The notes: generated from the sequence alone by a model not told the origin. A stretch of DNA of 64,000 nucleotides from Raillietiella orientalis (GCA_036172245.1 JAYWIR010000056.1:310001-374000), one strand, 5' to 3'; positions 1-13,470 are shown, numbered from the stretch's first letter. A program made the numbers and translations.

Positions 1-739
1 TTGGATGTGATCTCTCAACTTTCCAGGAATTCTAATCCCTGCCAAATAGCATTTGCTCTTTGAGCATGTAAACGCGAAAACTCGAAGCAGTTTGGTTTCG
101 GCTTCGGCTGCGCTTCGGCTGCCGTTGGAATTCATGCCTGCCGATATTGTATACGCATGAGGGATGGATTCTTCCCTTCCATATGAAATTGCAAGAAAGG
201 AGCACAGGGAGAGTTAAGTGCACGAGCAACGTGGTTTCTCTCTTCCTCCCCTTCTCCCCTTGGCCACACCATTCCGCATTTCATCGAAGCACCCAGCATG
301 GGCCGGAAACTAAACTTCAACGTAGGGGCCAAACTTTGAGCCCTCCCTTGTCCCCTGCATGCGGGGGGGGGGCATGCGTTTCCGGAACCGGAGATACCGA
401 AGATGCCTTTGAATCGAATTCCAGTGCACACACCTGCGAGTTTCACAAAATAAGAGATCAAGTGGGAGGAACACGTGCTGGAAGATTCTCTCTTTGCAAA
501 AGCGTAGAAGGGAATTGACCCAGAAAGTGTTCGGCCATCCTGCTCATCCCGGGGAACATTGGAGGCACTAAACTGTCGCATCGGCAATGCAGGAAAGTCT
601 GCACGAAGAGAAATCGTTAGCTGCAGGGCGTCAGCATGAAGCCGTGGCAGCGAGTTGCGCCGAGGCTGCCGCGAAATCTGGCGCCCTTTTGGTTCGGCAC
701 CGCCGTCAGGCAAGTCAAGTCAGCATTATGAGGGAACGA

Positions 740-1030
740 ACTCTTCTCCATCGCACGCTCTTCGCTTTTGGAACGTCCATGCCGCCATTTCCAATCTCCC
801 GCCATCATTCAAATTCGACTGGAACTCACCTGAGATGGCTGCGGAATCAGATTATCTCCACGTGCATTATTTACATGGAAGTTCTTCCCGGTATGAAGAG
901 AGAGATGGCCTCCATCAATGGGAGTTGCGTTCGTTAGCCTCCATCTCCCTTCTCTCAATTCATTAACGAGCTCATCAATGATGACTAAATATTTGATGCT
1001 CTACAGGGTCAGGCAGTTGTGTCTTAACAT
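740..1030 (+). mobile_element. Degenerate non-LTR retrotransposon RT N-terminal fragment
   Basis: Translations VHAAISNLP..DWNSPE and LRSLASISLLS resemble the LINE RT start (V..AI..L...PG.DG; YR.ISLL). Frameshifted. Confidence 0.35.
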
Positions 1031-1399
1031 CAAAGCACACTTTGCGCCTTCGCTTCCAGAACGGATGGGCTTTCCCTTTGCAATTCTGGAAATTTCAGGG
1101 ACGATCCCTTCCCGTTTCCAAATTAGCAGGAATGTGGGGAGAGGATTCGGTTTTCCAAAGAATCGTATGAAGGAAGAGGGATCTTTCGGGCTGAGGAATT
1201 TTTATCTGCTTCTTAGTTCAGGTGGAAGTACCGATTTTCCAGACCGAACGATCTTCCAGGAACCCGACAGTGGTGCGGAATGGCACGAGGGTTCGGGATT
1301 TAAAGGCACTGCAGCTCCGAAAAGCCACAAGAACCGGGGAAATAAAGCGGAACCGTGAACTCCCCGACCGAATAAACGCAGGGGCGAACGAGGTGCCCG

Positions 1400-2200
1400 G
1401 AGACCTGGCCAACTTTCATCGCCCTTCGAGATGGTTCAGCACCCGTTGAAACGGAATCCACGACTCGTCATGCAGGTTTATCTCGAGCTGCTGCAGACGA
1501 TTATGAGTGGTTCGTGGCGCAGATAACGGGAGGCACGTCCACCCATGCGTCCCTCTCCTGTGCGAATCCGCTTGCGCTGAAATGAATGGAATACCACATC
1601 CCATCAGTGGATAATAACGCAATTCGTCATTGGACAAGTGCCGATTCCAACGGAACGTCATCTCGCGTTAGTGGTCACGGTCGTTTCCATAGATATGCGG
1701 AGGAACGAGGATAATTCCCAGGTAGGCGCGTCACCCATGATCGGTCGAGAAACTGAGCTGTCTTGGGTATTGCAGCCTACATCTGCAGCAGAGCCATTCC
1801 GGGATGCCGCGCGGGCAAACGTTGCTTCAGTGCTACGCGTGCATCATGAATCGGTTTGTAACTGTGATCCACAGAATGTTTGAGAGAAGGCAGATTCGGA
1901 TTAGCCGCACTTCCATGCTTCAGCATCATCAGGTTGCGTTCCGTTTCCTAGCGCAGCTCCTCGAGAAGTAGTCCCCATGAGGAAAGCATGGATCGAAAAT
2001 CTGGTGCAGTACGCGAGGAAAAGGAGCGAAGCCAGACTGGGGAGCTGCCATTTCGGTTTCCTGTGATTGTGGGATCTCCTGTGGAACTCTCCCGTCTTGG
2101 GGACTCTTCAAAGCATCCAGATAATTTTCAATGATTGCTTCCTTCCGATTGGTTCTGACGGAAGCGGCATTCGAATGGATTCAGAGACTAAGTGTTTAGG
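1400..2200 (-). mobile_element. RTE-clade LINE relic (RT and thumb, deleted)
   Basis: Minus strand, in the expected order: ECRFRQNQS (QCGFR..RS), SRPIMGDAPTWEL (P.LLYG.ETW.L), FRWNRHLSNDEL...ISAQADSHRR (I.W...SN.EL....IS..I..RR). Confidence 0.55.
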
Positions 2201-2609
2201 TTCCTAGCTCATCCGAGGCACTTACGGACATCTGCTGTTCGCAGAATTGTAGACCCATTCACGAGATCCATTCACTTTTGACCTAGAGATTTTTCCCATC
2301 TTCCACGCCTTCTGCGCAACTGGGATCAGCTCTCTCCCTAGTGGAAGGCGCGTCCACTCAGGCAGAAGATCGAGTCGCACTTCATGGATTGATAAAAGAT
2401 GTATCTTTTATCAATAATTCTTTCGGTCTGTGTGCAGTGCCACTACTTCCGGATGTTTCAAGGAGTTCTCTACTCACAATTAGTCCCTGGAAGAGGTCTG
2501 CGCAGGGAATTTAGAGGAAAGAGAAACAAGCAATAAATAGATACGAAACAAAAAAGTGCTAAAATCTTTTGGGGAGTAAATGAAAGGATCACAGGCTGCC
2601 CCTTGATGG

Positions 2610-3340
2610 CCTCTGCATCCTCTCAAGGATGCCGTCCAGTTTCTCCTGATTGTGCCTCAGGTGTGGCCATTTCATCGCGATCCTTAGGAACGAGAAGACG
2701 AAAAAGATGGCTTCGTCGTCCGTTCGCTCTGTCGTCGGGGCTTCCAGCCGCCATGATCCCACAGATGCAGCACAAAACTGCAATCATCGCGGCAGACGCC
2801 ACGCGTAAAGGGGCGTCTGAATAAGACTCTCGAGTGGTCTTCTGGGAAGTTCGGGGACGTGGTCAAACGTCCTCCCACACACCGAACGTGCCCGCAAGAG
2901 ACTTGATGCGCCGCTTCTTCACGCCAGGCGACCTGTCCTTAGGTGCTGTCATCGCAACAGTCTGTTGCACCCGCGCCATCGACAAGGCCCACCGAGAGCT
3001 GGAGAAGCTGGCGATTCGTCGACGGGCCACCGGAATAGCTGGCGAGAACATGACGCCGGCTGCCGAGTGGGCCCACCTTCCAGAGAATGTTAGGAGCGAG
3101 ATCACCGGCATCCATAGCCGGTTCTGAAGGAAGGCAACGGCCAAAAACCAAAGATCCCTGTCCCCTACCCTCCCCACACCTTCATTTCTATTTTTTTTAT
3201 GTGTATTTGTGGTCCCCTCCCTCCCGTTCCGGACTTTTGGTGTACCGACCTGCGTGTCGGGGATCCCCCCCTTCGTTTTCTCTGTGTCCTTTGTCCGGGA
3301 ACTCTGTTCCTGGGTAGTTTAGGAATAAACGCCTCGGCGC
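2610..3340 (+). mobile_element. 3' end (ORF2 C-terminus plus 3'UTR) of an L1/Tx1-like LINE, copy a
   Basis: AVIATVCCTRAIDKAHRE and the following DNA (ACCAAAGATCCCTGTCCCCTACCCT, T-rich tract, CCGACCTGCG) align by eye with the minus-strand element ending near 3700. AATAAA near 3323. Confidence 0.55.
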
Positions 3341-3689
3341 ACCCGGGTGAGAAACACCGAAGGATAACACACTCCAAAAGCAGGTGCAGCAAGGTTCCGC
3401 ACGTGTCACACTTTGGGGTCGAACTTCCCCTGGTCCAGCGGTGGAGGCGTGCGTTGCATGAGATGGTTCAGTGCAGCAGTCGCGAGGCCGATTGCTTCCA
3501 CTTCAGGAGGAGGATGGAGGAACTGTCTAAGAACGCAGTATGGATCTCCTCTTCTCCTAACGGTATTCTAAGCAGATCCTCCGAGAGGAGAAGTCCTTTG
3601 AGGAGGGCGTCAGGGATGGAAGCGTTAGCTAGTTGACGCGCCTCCCAGCATCCCAATAGGGTCTTTTGTCCTGCAATCTCGAAGTTCAT

Positions 3690-6250
3690 TTCCTATCTTG
3701 AGGGCTGAAGACTTTCCTGGCTATCGCACAGGGATGACAATGTCAGTCCACTGGGAATGGTCACTAGCTCGCAGGTCGGCTCCTAAGGGAGTCGAGAGCG
3801 AGAGGAAGGAACAATAAATGAATAAAAAAAGACGGTAGGGTAGGGACAGGGTCTTTGGTATCAGCTACTCCTTTCTTCCTAGAGCTGGCGCTTGATGCCA
3901 GCGATCTCCTTGGAGACTTCTTGCAAGTGATGCCACTTGGAGGCCATCCTCGTCGCATCAGTTGCCATTCGGGCAGCCTTCCTCCGCTTCGAACAAGACT
4001 TTATCACACGGAGCGGGCTGCAACGCTGGTGCCGAGGCAACAGATCGTTGCAGTGACAGCGTCAGTGTCCGCGGTCAGCCCGCCTTGAGGGGAAGAAGAG
4101 CTGCAGCAAGTCCGAAGCGGTGTCCTCCGGACGGCAGAGCGTCGAGATTGGTCTCCACCGCATGTCCGCGAGAGCACCGCAGTCCATTAGGAGGTGCGGG
4201 AACGATTCGATCTGGAAAAGTTCGGAGAGGCGAATCTCCCGAAAACCAAGTGCCTGCGCTGAGTGCACTGGAATCCCAGGCATCCTGTTTCCAACGGAGC
4301 GGGATCACGGTGGTGTTCACACACAGTTCATACACATACTACGAGTTCTTCGTGGAGCAGGTCACTCCATTGAAGGAGTCTTTTCGCCCGGAAACGAGGA
4401 CTGGTGTCTTCCACGAACTCACTCGTCTTGCAGCCGTCAAGGAGTTTCTCGGCTTCCTCAATATTGCAGGAGAACTACCACCCCTCCAGCTGGCTGCTTT
4501 CATCGTTTGCCCTGAGAACAGACAGTGCTCCTGAGGCAAAGGGTGTGAAAAGGCAAAGGCAAAGGGTATCCAGGACCTCTGTGTCCGGGATTTGCTGCAG
4601 TGCTGTGCCACACCGCCAATCGGGCTGGTATGGCACAGCACAAGAACATTATAAAGCCAACGTCTGCTTTGACTAAAACCTATAAATAATGATAACTGCT
4701 GCCTAGCGAGAATGACCACCTGGAATTTGAAACCCGAAGCTCTCGATTTCAAAAAAGGGTAGGACTCCTTCGTAGGGAGAGTAAGATTAGCACCTTTGTT
4801 GCTGTTTTTGTTTCTTCCAGTTCAGTTTTTCTTCACCATCATCAAGTTCGCAGATGCCAGACATCTCATGAAACAGCAACGCTTTGGACCTTTTTGTTTA
4901 AAACGGCTGTTCGAAGGAATGGGAACCGGAGCGCTGCTGGACCGACTTCTCAGAATCAAAACATCCCTGGCGTGCGAGCGATCTCGGGCACAGCGCGCTT
5001 CCCGGAAGCTTTCACGTCGCTGATTTGGTTTCTCTTTGCCAGACGAGCATCTCGGAGAATCCCTTCCGGGTTCCTATAAGAACGCCTCCTCAGGAGCCTT
5101 CGTCAGCTTCCGCTCCCCATTGAAACTCGCGCGCGAAACTTCCCCCCATCCTGCTGATTGCAGCAGCTCCACCTCGCTGTGCTGCCTCCCCGTCCCCCGC
5201 GGCAGCGAGCCACGTACGGATCCTTTTGCTTGAATCCGAGGGCGATTCCTTTCGCTGCGGCCGCTGAAGAACACTTCACGCAAGAGCCCGCAGCCTCTGA
5301 TCTGGAGCAAGCCTTCTTCGATTAGCCGCGAGTAGTGCAGCAGTTCGTCTACGAGCTGATGTTGTGAACGAACACTCCGACAACAGCGGCTGCTACTCAA
5401 ACATCGGAGGCGTGATGAGATGTGATCATGTCTCCGATGCTGCGCGATCTTGCGGGGCGATGTTGCTCCAGCCCGAATGACACGAAGACCACAAAAGAGC
5501 TCCATTAGCAAAGGGTGCTTTTGGCCCGTTGGCCATCTTTTGATTTCGCTCCCCAGTTCGGTATGCGGGAGCCGCGTCGTTATTTGCCTCCCACGGAAGA
5601 AAGCGCTCCCCATTTAGCTGCTGGATGCAACTTTCCCAGCTACCCATTCAGAAGCTATTTTTCTCACCAAGGACGGTTTGGAAACGAGGCTGCCGTCGAG
5701 TAATTGCAGCTGCCGTCCTCCGGATGGATTCCTGAGAAGTCAGGCCGTTTATGTGCTCCTCTGTGTGCAGATGGAGGAGGAGACCGACGACAGTGTCCTT
5801 TCGCAGCGCGGCGTTCTTCGCGTCCACTTCTCGAACAAACGAATTGAATCCTCCTGCACCATTTATTGCCACTTTATTGCCACAGTGAAAATGGAGTGCA
5901 TTCCAGGAAAGCCTTCCTCTTTTGCGGGCAGCTTCTTGGGATTCTTAATGATTTCCTTTCTGGCTAGCTTTTTGTCTCCTGCTTTTCCAGCTGCATCGTT
6001 TTCGGTACCTCCGCCTACTTTCCATTCTGCATTCTCAGTCTGTCACTGTTTACTTTCTGTCCTTCCTTGTTAGCTTCCCGGGTGCTTCCAAATTTATTGC
6101 AGCCTCGGCTAAGGATACAGCCTCAGCTGGAGAGCACTGGAGTGCATGCACTCAAGGGGGCAACGAATTCTAACCTGAAGTCTTAGTTCTTGGTGCATCA
6201 GAAGGTCCACAGGTCAGTGTGGGAGAGGAAACCACGGAAGAACCATGCTC
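3690..6250 (-). mobile_element. Internally deleted L1/Tx1-like LINE (ORF1 tail, APE, RT, Cys-rich C-terminus, 3'UTR), copy b
   Basis: Ordered minus-strand motifs: AVSLAEAA (ORF1 tail, ~6110); IFTV/AINGAGGFNS (APE start, ~5880); KIAQ-frameshift-DMI (YADD region, ~5435); GLL..FFSGRSE; ESFPHLLMDCGAL (zinc knuckle, ~4190); CDKVLFE; 3'UTR homologous to 3130-3260. Confidence 0.6.
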
Positions 6251-8259
6251 TCAGTCTTCATTCCTGATTCTTGAAGAACCCTACGTCACTCCTACGATCC
6301 AAAGAGCAGCTCGCAAGGCACCGACGAAACGATCAGTGCAGACGTGTTAATCTAGAAAACCCTTTACCAGTCATAGACCGTTTTCACGTAGAAAGTTCAT
6401 CAGAAATCACAGTGGCTGGTGATGAGCTGCATTGAGAGAATGCAAGCGGAACTCCAGCAAGAGGAATCTGCATCCGTGACGAAACAGGAGGCAATTTCTT
6501 GCATGAGACCTGATTCTGGGGAATCCTATTCAAGAAACCGGACAGGAACACAGTCCAGAAGATCGCTGCAGCTCATGAAACAGAAGGCTTTTTTTCAGAA
6601 TCCACAAACCCGAATCATCTATTGCACAGGATGCCTATGGAGCGATGCAGCTTACAGATATCGCGATGAAAGTGAACCAGACATGCGTTAGCACAGATTT
6701 ATTTGGTCTGGATGCCGAGATGATAGTTTTCATCCAAATTTTCTACCAATGCCCTTTCACTTTGACGCTCCGTGTGCAGGTCATGGGATGTTCGGAAAGT
6801 GCTGTGCACACCCGGTGGGCGTGTGATCTTTCGATTTACACCACCCGCTGAATACCAACCGTGTCTTCGGGCATCTTTCCATTCTACGTTTCCTGCTTAC
6901 TGTGTTTCCGACGGCACCTTCCTGGATGACCCCAAGTTCGTCTGTAGTCTCAGTTAAGAAGATAAGCGCCACTGGAGAGCACTGAATTCCACACCCCAGA
7001 GGAGTAAGGGATTCCCCGCTCGTAGATGGACTTGTCTCAGCCGGCTCAGCGATATTCCCGTAGGAACGATCCAAGCAAGATAAGGAGTCAAGCAATCTCA
7101 TGTGTTGCGGCTCTCTCTTCCGGATGGATGGACTTGTTTCCATGACCAGAAGAGAGACCTTCGGAAGAACTGCGGATCAATTCTCTATGGCTTCATTTCG
7201 TTACACGGGTCTTTTCCAAATCAACTCGCAACTGGGAGATCACTTTTCTGTGATCACAAGCTGATGATGGGACTTGGCGCACAGGCCAAGAGAATCGTTT
7301 GGTCAAGCTGTTAAAGAAAATCTAGTGTGCGGCGTCTCCATTAAGAAAAAATAAGTGTATTCCGGTAAAGAAGAACCTGACTTTGCCTTGGTTTCCGGCA
7401 AGCGACATACGCTTTTCGGGAGGACAAGAGACGTTGCCATCGCATCCTTGTTCCAGCACCGCAGTTACGAGGGAACCATCAAAAACACTGAGTAAGCGAC
7501 TTTCCAATGTTTTGCGAAGAGACCGCAAGAGAGATGCTGCAAGATTTTGACGAATGAAGCACATGTGTTTTAGAAACCCTTCTTGCTGGAACTGGGAGCT
7601 GGGCTTTCGGAATACCCAAACTTTTTCTGAGGATGGCATTGAAGACGGAAAAAAGTACTTTGTCGGCAAAACTTGGTGTCTAGATCAGTGCTGGACCATC
7701 CGACTAGTTGGTCCCGCAAGCCCTCAGGACTCGTGTTCACTACCATGAGGTCGATTCATTTCATTGCTCTGTATGTTTGTCATTGGCTTTCCTTCCCCTC
7801 CTCAACTTCCCCTTAGCTTTGTACCCAATGAAGTTTTTACCCTTTCTCTTCGGACCTGCATGTGCCTTTCTTATTGGGAGCAATCCTGTGCAACGAAGCA
7901 TAAAAAAACTTCATTAAAAAGGACTCCCGCAAAGGGAAGACCTAGTCCTGCATGGGACTGCATCGATTGTCCCGTTTGCTGCTTTTCAGAGGCCACCTAA
8001 GGTTTTCAGATTGCCAATTCATACACGAGGGTCAACTAGAATTGCTTCCCATAAGAGGGAAGGAGACAAGACAAGAAGATGGAACGTACCACAGAGGTAT
8101 GACATGCAACAAGACATGGCCGCACGTCTTTAAGCACTGTCAGAGACATTTTTGTCCGCTCATACAACGGCAGGATACGAATGTCAACCGTGTTGTAAAG
8201 GCAGCGCATGGAAGATGCGGAGTCGTCTACCGAGGACAGAGAATACAAGACGTTGACTT

Positions 8260-8900
8260 GCAATACTCCGCGATCTCCTATGAAGCAGACATCGAACCGT
8301 GATTCTGGACAGGAAATGTCCCTTCAAGAAGACTTCAGGGGCGTTCAGACTGGTTAGGGAGTACAAGGAAAGTAAATATCGTGACCATTGCTTTCAGGAT
8401 TTCCTCAAAAGAGATCACGAAGTTCAGGGAGCTCAATCCCTGTGGGATCGCTAGGATGATAAGATCCAGCCAAAGATCACACGCTGCAAGATCTGGACGA
8501 AAGGGCCGGCTTGAAATCCCGCGGTCCTGCCTCAATCGCCTAAGAAAATTCATGACATCATCCAACATCAGATACAGTGTGGAAGCGTCTACTGGGTGTG
8601 CTGCCTTAACCATTCTCCAGACAACGCAAAGATCAGCTGGCAACTTCGATTTACAAGAGATATTTTTCATCATCCTCGAAACTGGAGTTTGGCAACGAGC
8701 AGCTCTGATGCACCTTCGAAGCGGAGGATAAAGGTGGCGGTGGGCTCGGAGCCGCACCCACCGTGATCTGGTGGAAGTAGAGCTTCAGCGTCCAGGGGTA
8801 CCCCTCCGGAGGTCGGAGTTCTGTGACTTGAAGAACCAGGTTCGCACCTCCAGAGCGATCTGCTGTCCGGATGCAGGAATTCGAGGATGGAACCATAGTC
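8260..8900 (-). mobile_element. mariner (Tc1/mariner) transposase relic, catalytic domain
   Basis: RPFRPDLAACDLWL...G...FVISFEEILKA matches the mariner PYSPDLAPCDF.LF motif. Upstream CIRTADR (I.TGDE) and downstream RFDVCFIGDRG (R...CI...G.Y) are in the correct order. Confidence 0.65.
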
Positions 8901-9729
8901 AAGTGCGCCAAGTCTGGTGCAGAGGCTATCAAGTCATTCTTCCCAGCTACTCCTGAAATTCAAAAAATTTGTAAATTTTATTTATGCACTTTAGATGAAT
9001 CAACTAATCTGATCCCATCCTAGGGGAAAGTTAGTTGATCCTCAGCAAACTACAGGCATTGCAACTCATTCAGACTCCGAATTTGATTGCAAGCAAGGAA
9101 AGGGAGGGGAGAGGATAAATTTTCCTCACTGCTAAGATTGAAAGCAATGATGAGTCATTGCCCTCTGGATAGAGTGGGGAATTCTGCTTTCCCCGTAGGC
9201 GGGAAGTGTCTGCTTAACTTCCATGCGGCTCCACTTTAGCTGCATAAGCGTGGACCATGCTTGGTGGTGCTTGCGAACATCATGGGTCTCATATACTATA
9301 ATGTTATGTTTGTTAATACAGTATAATGCACTAACGAATAGCAGAAAACACAACAGAAATTTCTCGTGGATGATAACAGCGATCAGATACAGCGATAACA
9401 TACAGAGCAGCTTCCGTAATTCATGATGGATTCCGGTGCTCTTGGAATGACCTTGCGTTCTTGGCATTACAGCTAAACCGATAGAAGTCTGATCAGAACG
9501 AGAGACTGAAGATATTTTTTTTTTAAAAAAAAAAAAAAAACGGCTAGTACTTGGGAAGACTTTTGTTTCTTGAGAGCTGGAGTAAGGGGCGATCAATCCT
9601 CCATGTTAATGATGACGGTCAACAGCAAATCGGTGCCTGTCTCTTTTGCATTTCCTAGGCTCGGACTCCACATCTATCGCCATAGGGAACTGTTCTTGGC
9701 TTGCGCTGGAATACCTGGGGGAATGAAGA

Positions 9730-11100
9730 ACGTGGAAAAAGTAAAGTGGAACCCGCAGGCTTGCGTAGTCACCCTACTTTTTCCACTGGAGAAACCACTG
9801 TCATGTGGTGTAGTGGGATGCACCACTACTGTTACTACCCACCACCAAGCACAGTCCATCAAACAACACATGAAGATGGCTTGTGAGTTTGAAGTGCTGC
9901 AGCTCAAATTCAGATGTCGAAGATGCCATGCAATCATCTTGTCTAGGAAACCCTCTGACCACGTCTGTGCTGAACAGTCGATCACGTCAGAAGAATTCGC
10001 CGTTCACCTGGTCGTTGTAGATGTTCCGATGAGATTCGTCTGCAACAAGCTGAACTGTGGCTGGAGCCTTCTCCACAGAAAGATGGCTGCTGAACATCCA
10101 GATCTGGCCCGAGCGGGCCGAGCGAAGGGCAGAACCAGTCCTCCCAGTGAGAAGTTCCAGACAGCAGGACACAGAGATTGCCTCATCCAAAAATCATGAA
10201 ACAGATTTCTTCGGGAATCTGGATGAAGTGGAAGGAGAACCAATACAAGAAGCCTTAGATTCGCGAGACGACGAACTTCCTCAAGAAGCCCAGATGACCC
10301 CGCTTCAAATCCCAGATCAAATTTGGAATAAAGACGATCCGGCTGAAGTGCGAGATCTGGTGAGATCCATCTTCAATGGCAAGTTCTTTGAGGAGACAGT
10401 ATCAGTACCAGAGTGAAGTACAGAGGAAGCAGAAGAGGAAGATCGGGAAGAAACTTGGCAAGTCACCCATCCGGTGGACTGGGCTGTCAAGGAGGAAAAT
10501 GAAAATATGAAGGAGAAGTGCAAAGATAGATCACTCTGGAAGGAAAGCAACAGTTTCAATCAATGCACAAATCAACGACTGTAAAGCGGAACGATTTTGA
10601 AGAAGCGTTCGAGAGGTTCGTCAACAAGATAAGAAGTATTCTCAGCATGAAAGAGGCTAAAACCTACACGGAGAAATTCAAAAGAGATCCATCAAATAAA
10701 AAAGAAAACAGGAAAGGGCAATGCGAATGATTCTTGGACAAAAAGATATCCGTTATTCCCTCGATGCCGAGAAGCATTTTCATCAGGAGCTAGAAATTTC
10801 CAAAGCTGCTGATGCACACAGCCTACGAGAAACATCCTACGGGGGAGACCAGGAGAGATATCTCCTTGGAAATGATTCCCTTCTCCACCGATGAAGTAAT
10901 GAACTGTTTAAGAAGAGGGGTAAACTCCAGCCCCGGATTAGACGGGATCACGTATTCTGGATGGAGACTGTCTGATCCCGACAGCGAAATATTGACTCCA
11001 ATATTCAATACGGTATTGAAATTCAAAAATGCTTTCACCTCACGGAAACGCACGAAGACCATTTTACACCCTGAACCAGCAAGAACACCGGAAACGATCG
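9730..11100 (+). mobile_element. 5' part of an RLE-type (Utopia/NeSL/R2-group) non-LTR retrotransposon: N-terminal zinc fingers and RT start
   Basis: CGVVGC..SIKQHMKMA and FRCRRC..HVC zinc-finger motifs, then PFSTDEVMNCLRRGVNSSPGLDGITYSGWRLSDPDSEILTPIFNTVL..KTIL, which is RT domain 0-1 of the NeSL/Utopia type. Truncated thereafter. Confidence 0.75.
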
Positions 11101-11189
11101 CGGATAGGGAGCCAACAGGCGTTTACAGGCTATATAGCAAGAAGCAGGCACCAACAGCGTGCAGATCCTTGCAGTATTGAGAGTGCCTT

Positions 11190-13470
11190 CATTCTGAAAT
11201 CCATCTCAAGACCACCATCTGTGCCACGTCAACTTTGATGAATGGAATTCGTGTGGTGTTTCGCTGTCACTGAGCGACCCGATGAATTTCCGCATGCTTT
11301 TGAAGAAGACGCATTCGTGGTGCTCCATTCCCGACCAACCGTTGCCGTAGGCCGTGGAGACTCCAAAGCTCGTGCAGTGCGCGAGTGGTTCTCCTATATT
11401 TGGTTAAAGTTGCATTCCTCCTGGACTCCGGGAAGCACGGGTCCGATTCAATTTGAGGGAGCGCAGCAAAGGAAAAGTGAAATTGCATTTGCATGCAGAG
11501 AGAGCAGTGCGTCAGACGACAGCAAACTCAGCTTTGTTTCAGAAGGCGTTTCGAACGAGAAGAGTTCCTTGCTGGCCACAGTGCAGGGTGTCAATTATCC
11601 CAAACTTGAGATGCGCCGGATTCCTCCTCTGTGGAGCCCGTGGTTATTTCGAAGGAAAACAAAGCCCGACGCGTCTAGGAGTTCCGATCACCGCCTCAAG
11701 TGGAGAGGAAAATGCAGCCAAGACAGCCAAATCCCGAAGACAGTGGAAAGCGCTGACGTCATTGGCTGGACCCTCTGGCACATCATTTGTAAAGCAAAAG
11801 CAAAAATAAATTCTCCCGCTTGCAACTTGGAAACATCACTGGCCAGAAAATCAAGACTGCTTTTGAGGTTGTTAGTAGGGAATTTCAAAGGGATTTCATC
11901 ACCGATCGGGTAACGGGACAAAGTCTCCCCCGAACGATCCTGCTGTGCAAACAGTTACCGCATACATCCCCTGCATTCCCTCCTTGATGACAGTAATGGT
12001 GAAGAAGCTCCTAACAAACCTAGGAAGAAGAAACGGAAGGAAGAATGAGTCTCCCTTAAAAGGACTGCTTCTGTGTAAGGAAATTTTAAAATAAGGGATG
12101 CGCTACCGCGGCTCTTGGCTTCTGCCTTTTCTTCCCGTGAACGAATGATTATCATTAAGAGCAATGGATCGATTCCTGGTGACTCTCAGTTTAGCTTGCA
12201 GAATAGAAGGGATGAAACCGCCGTCCGCTTGGCTTCTCGGTAATTTTCTCCTTGAGGATGAGGGAGACGAAGTTGTGAGTACGGAGTGAACTCTCGAATC
12301 CCTTCATTCGATGTGGCAAGATCGATGCTTTCATCTCCGATATCAGCTGACAGGCATGAAATTTTGATGATGGCATCCGGATTTATGGAGGAAGCTAAAA
12401 AAAAAAAAAAGTGAGGAAAAGAAGCAAGGAAGCTGTTTACGACAACATCCGGATGGATTCTGCTAAAGCTCAGTTGACGGGGCGAGATCTCTTTGGCTGC
12501 CTAACCCAGCGAATGCCAAAACACAAACAGGAAGTTGCGATGTTAGCGACTGATCGTCAAAGTTGGCACTTCCCGCTGTGCGACCCCAACGAGTGCTGGA
12601 AGTCATCAACGTGCGATGTACCGCACGGCGACCGACGTCGCCGCACGTGCAGCTGGCGGTGCTGCTGAGTGACATGCGGTGCGGCCCTGACCCCTCCACG
12701 GACGTGGTCGGGCTGTAAGTGAGAGCAGGCGCGGCTGCCGCAAGTCACGGAGACCACGGTTTCCTCGCGCAGCAGCTTCCGCAGAGACTTTCGGCCCCGT
12801 TCGCTTCCTCTACCTGCTGCTTCCGCTACCGGGGAAGGTTCTGGAAGCAGGGTTCCAACATGCTGGTCTCCCACCGGTTATCGGAACGATGCTATTCGGT
12901 ACATTCAGTTTCAGAGGCTCCTAGCCGAAAAGGATTCAAGAGCATCTCCTGTTTACATCCCTCGTCAGGTCCTTAAAACGGATCTCGACGGAACTGACAA
13001 TCACAAATGCACACTTTTCGAATCCGGGCGCCATCCTGGAGATTTCGAAAGTTTGGGAAGGTTTGATCTAGAAAACAGATGCCACCCAATGGGTCACATC
13101 GTTACCAAAACTTGGAATTCCTTGAAATCATGAGCAGAGTTGTGGGTAATTCGACTGAGCATTCCCCCTGTAAGGGAGGCAGGGACATCGCGGGGAGCGG
13201 AGAGGCAATACGAACTCACATGCAGCCTCTGCTGTAATTGAGTGAGAGAGCATCTGGAGGAATGCTGCGGATTTTCGCTCCTCCGCTGATCGGTCCTCGA
13301 CAGCAGAAGAATAAAACTCAAGAATGATATCGAAAGTGCGTGAGAAGGGCTTTACCCACTCACATTTACCTGGGAGCCATACGGGATGGGCAGACGCATC
13401 CAGTCTGGGAATCCGAAAAGATGAGGGCTCTGCTATCGGTCGAAGGTGGGAGTTCACGAGGGTTGAACTG
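11190..13470 (-). mobile_element. Ty3/gypsy LTR retrotransposon relic (gag, RT start, RNase H end, integrase), fragmented
   Basis: gag-like WVKPFSRTFDIILEFY..EERKSAAFLQML (~13300); ETLSRYP (ADALSR.P, ~11915); HGLHRGGIRR (integrase zinc finger, ~11630); TRALHELWSLHGLRQRLVGNG (integrase core FS.HGLP..LVSDNG, ~11350). The pieces may come from more than one element. Confidence 0.6.

Noticed and set aside
12540..12720. LRR C-terminal cap exon or RTE C-terminus (ATDRQSW..CD..RC..DMRC)
   Set aside because: Two incompatible weak interpretations, and too short to support either.
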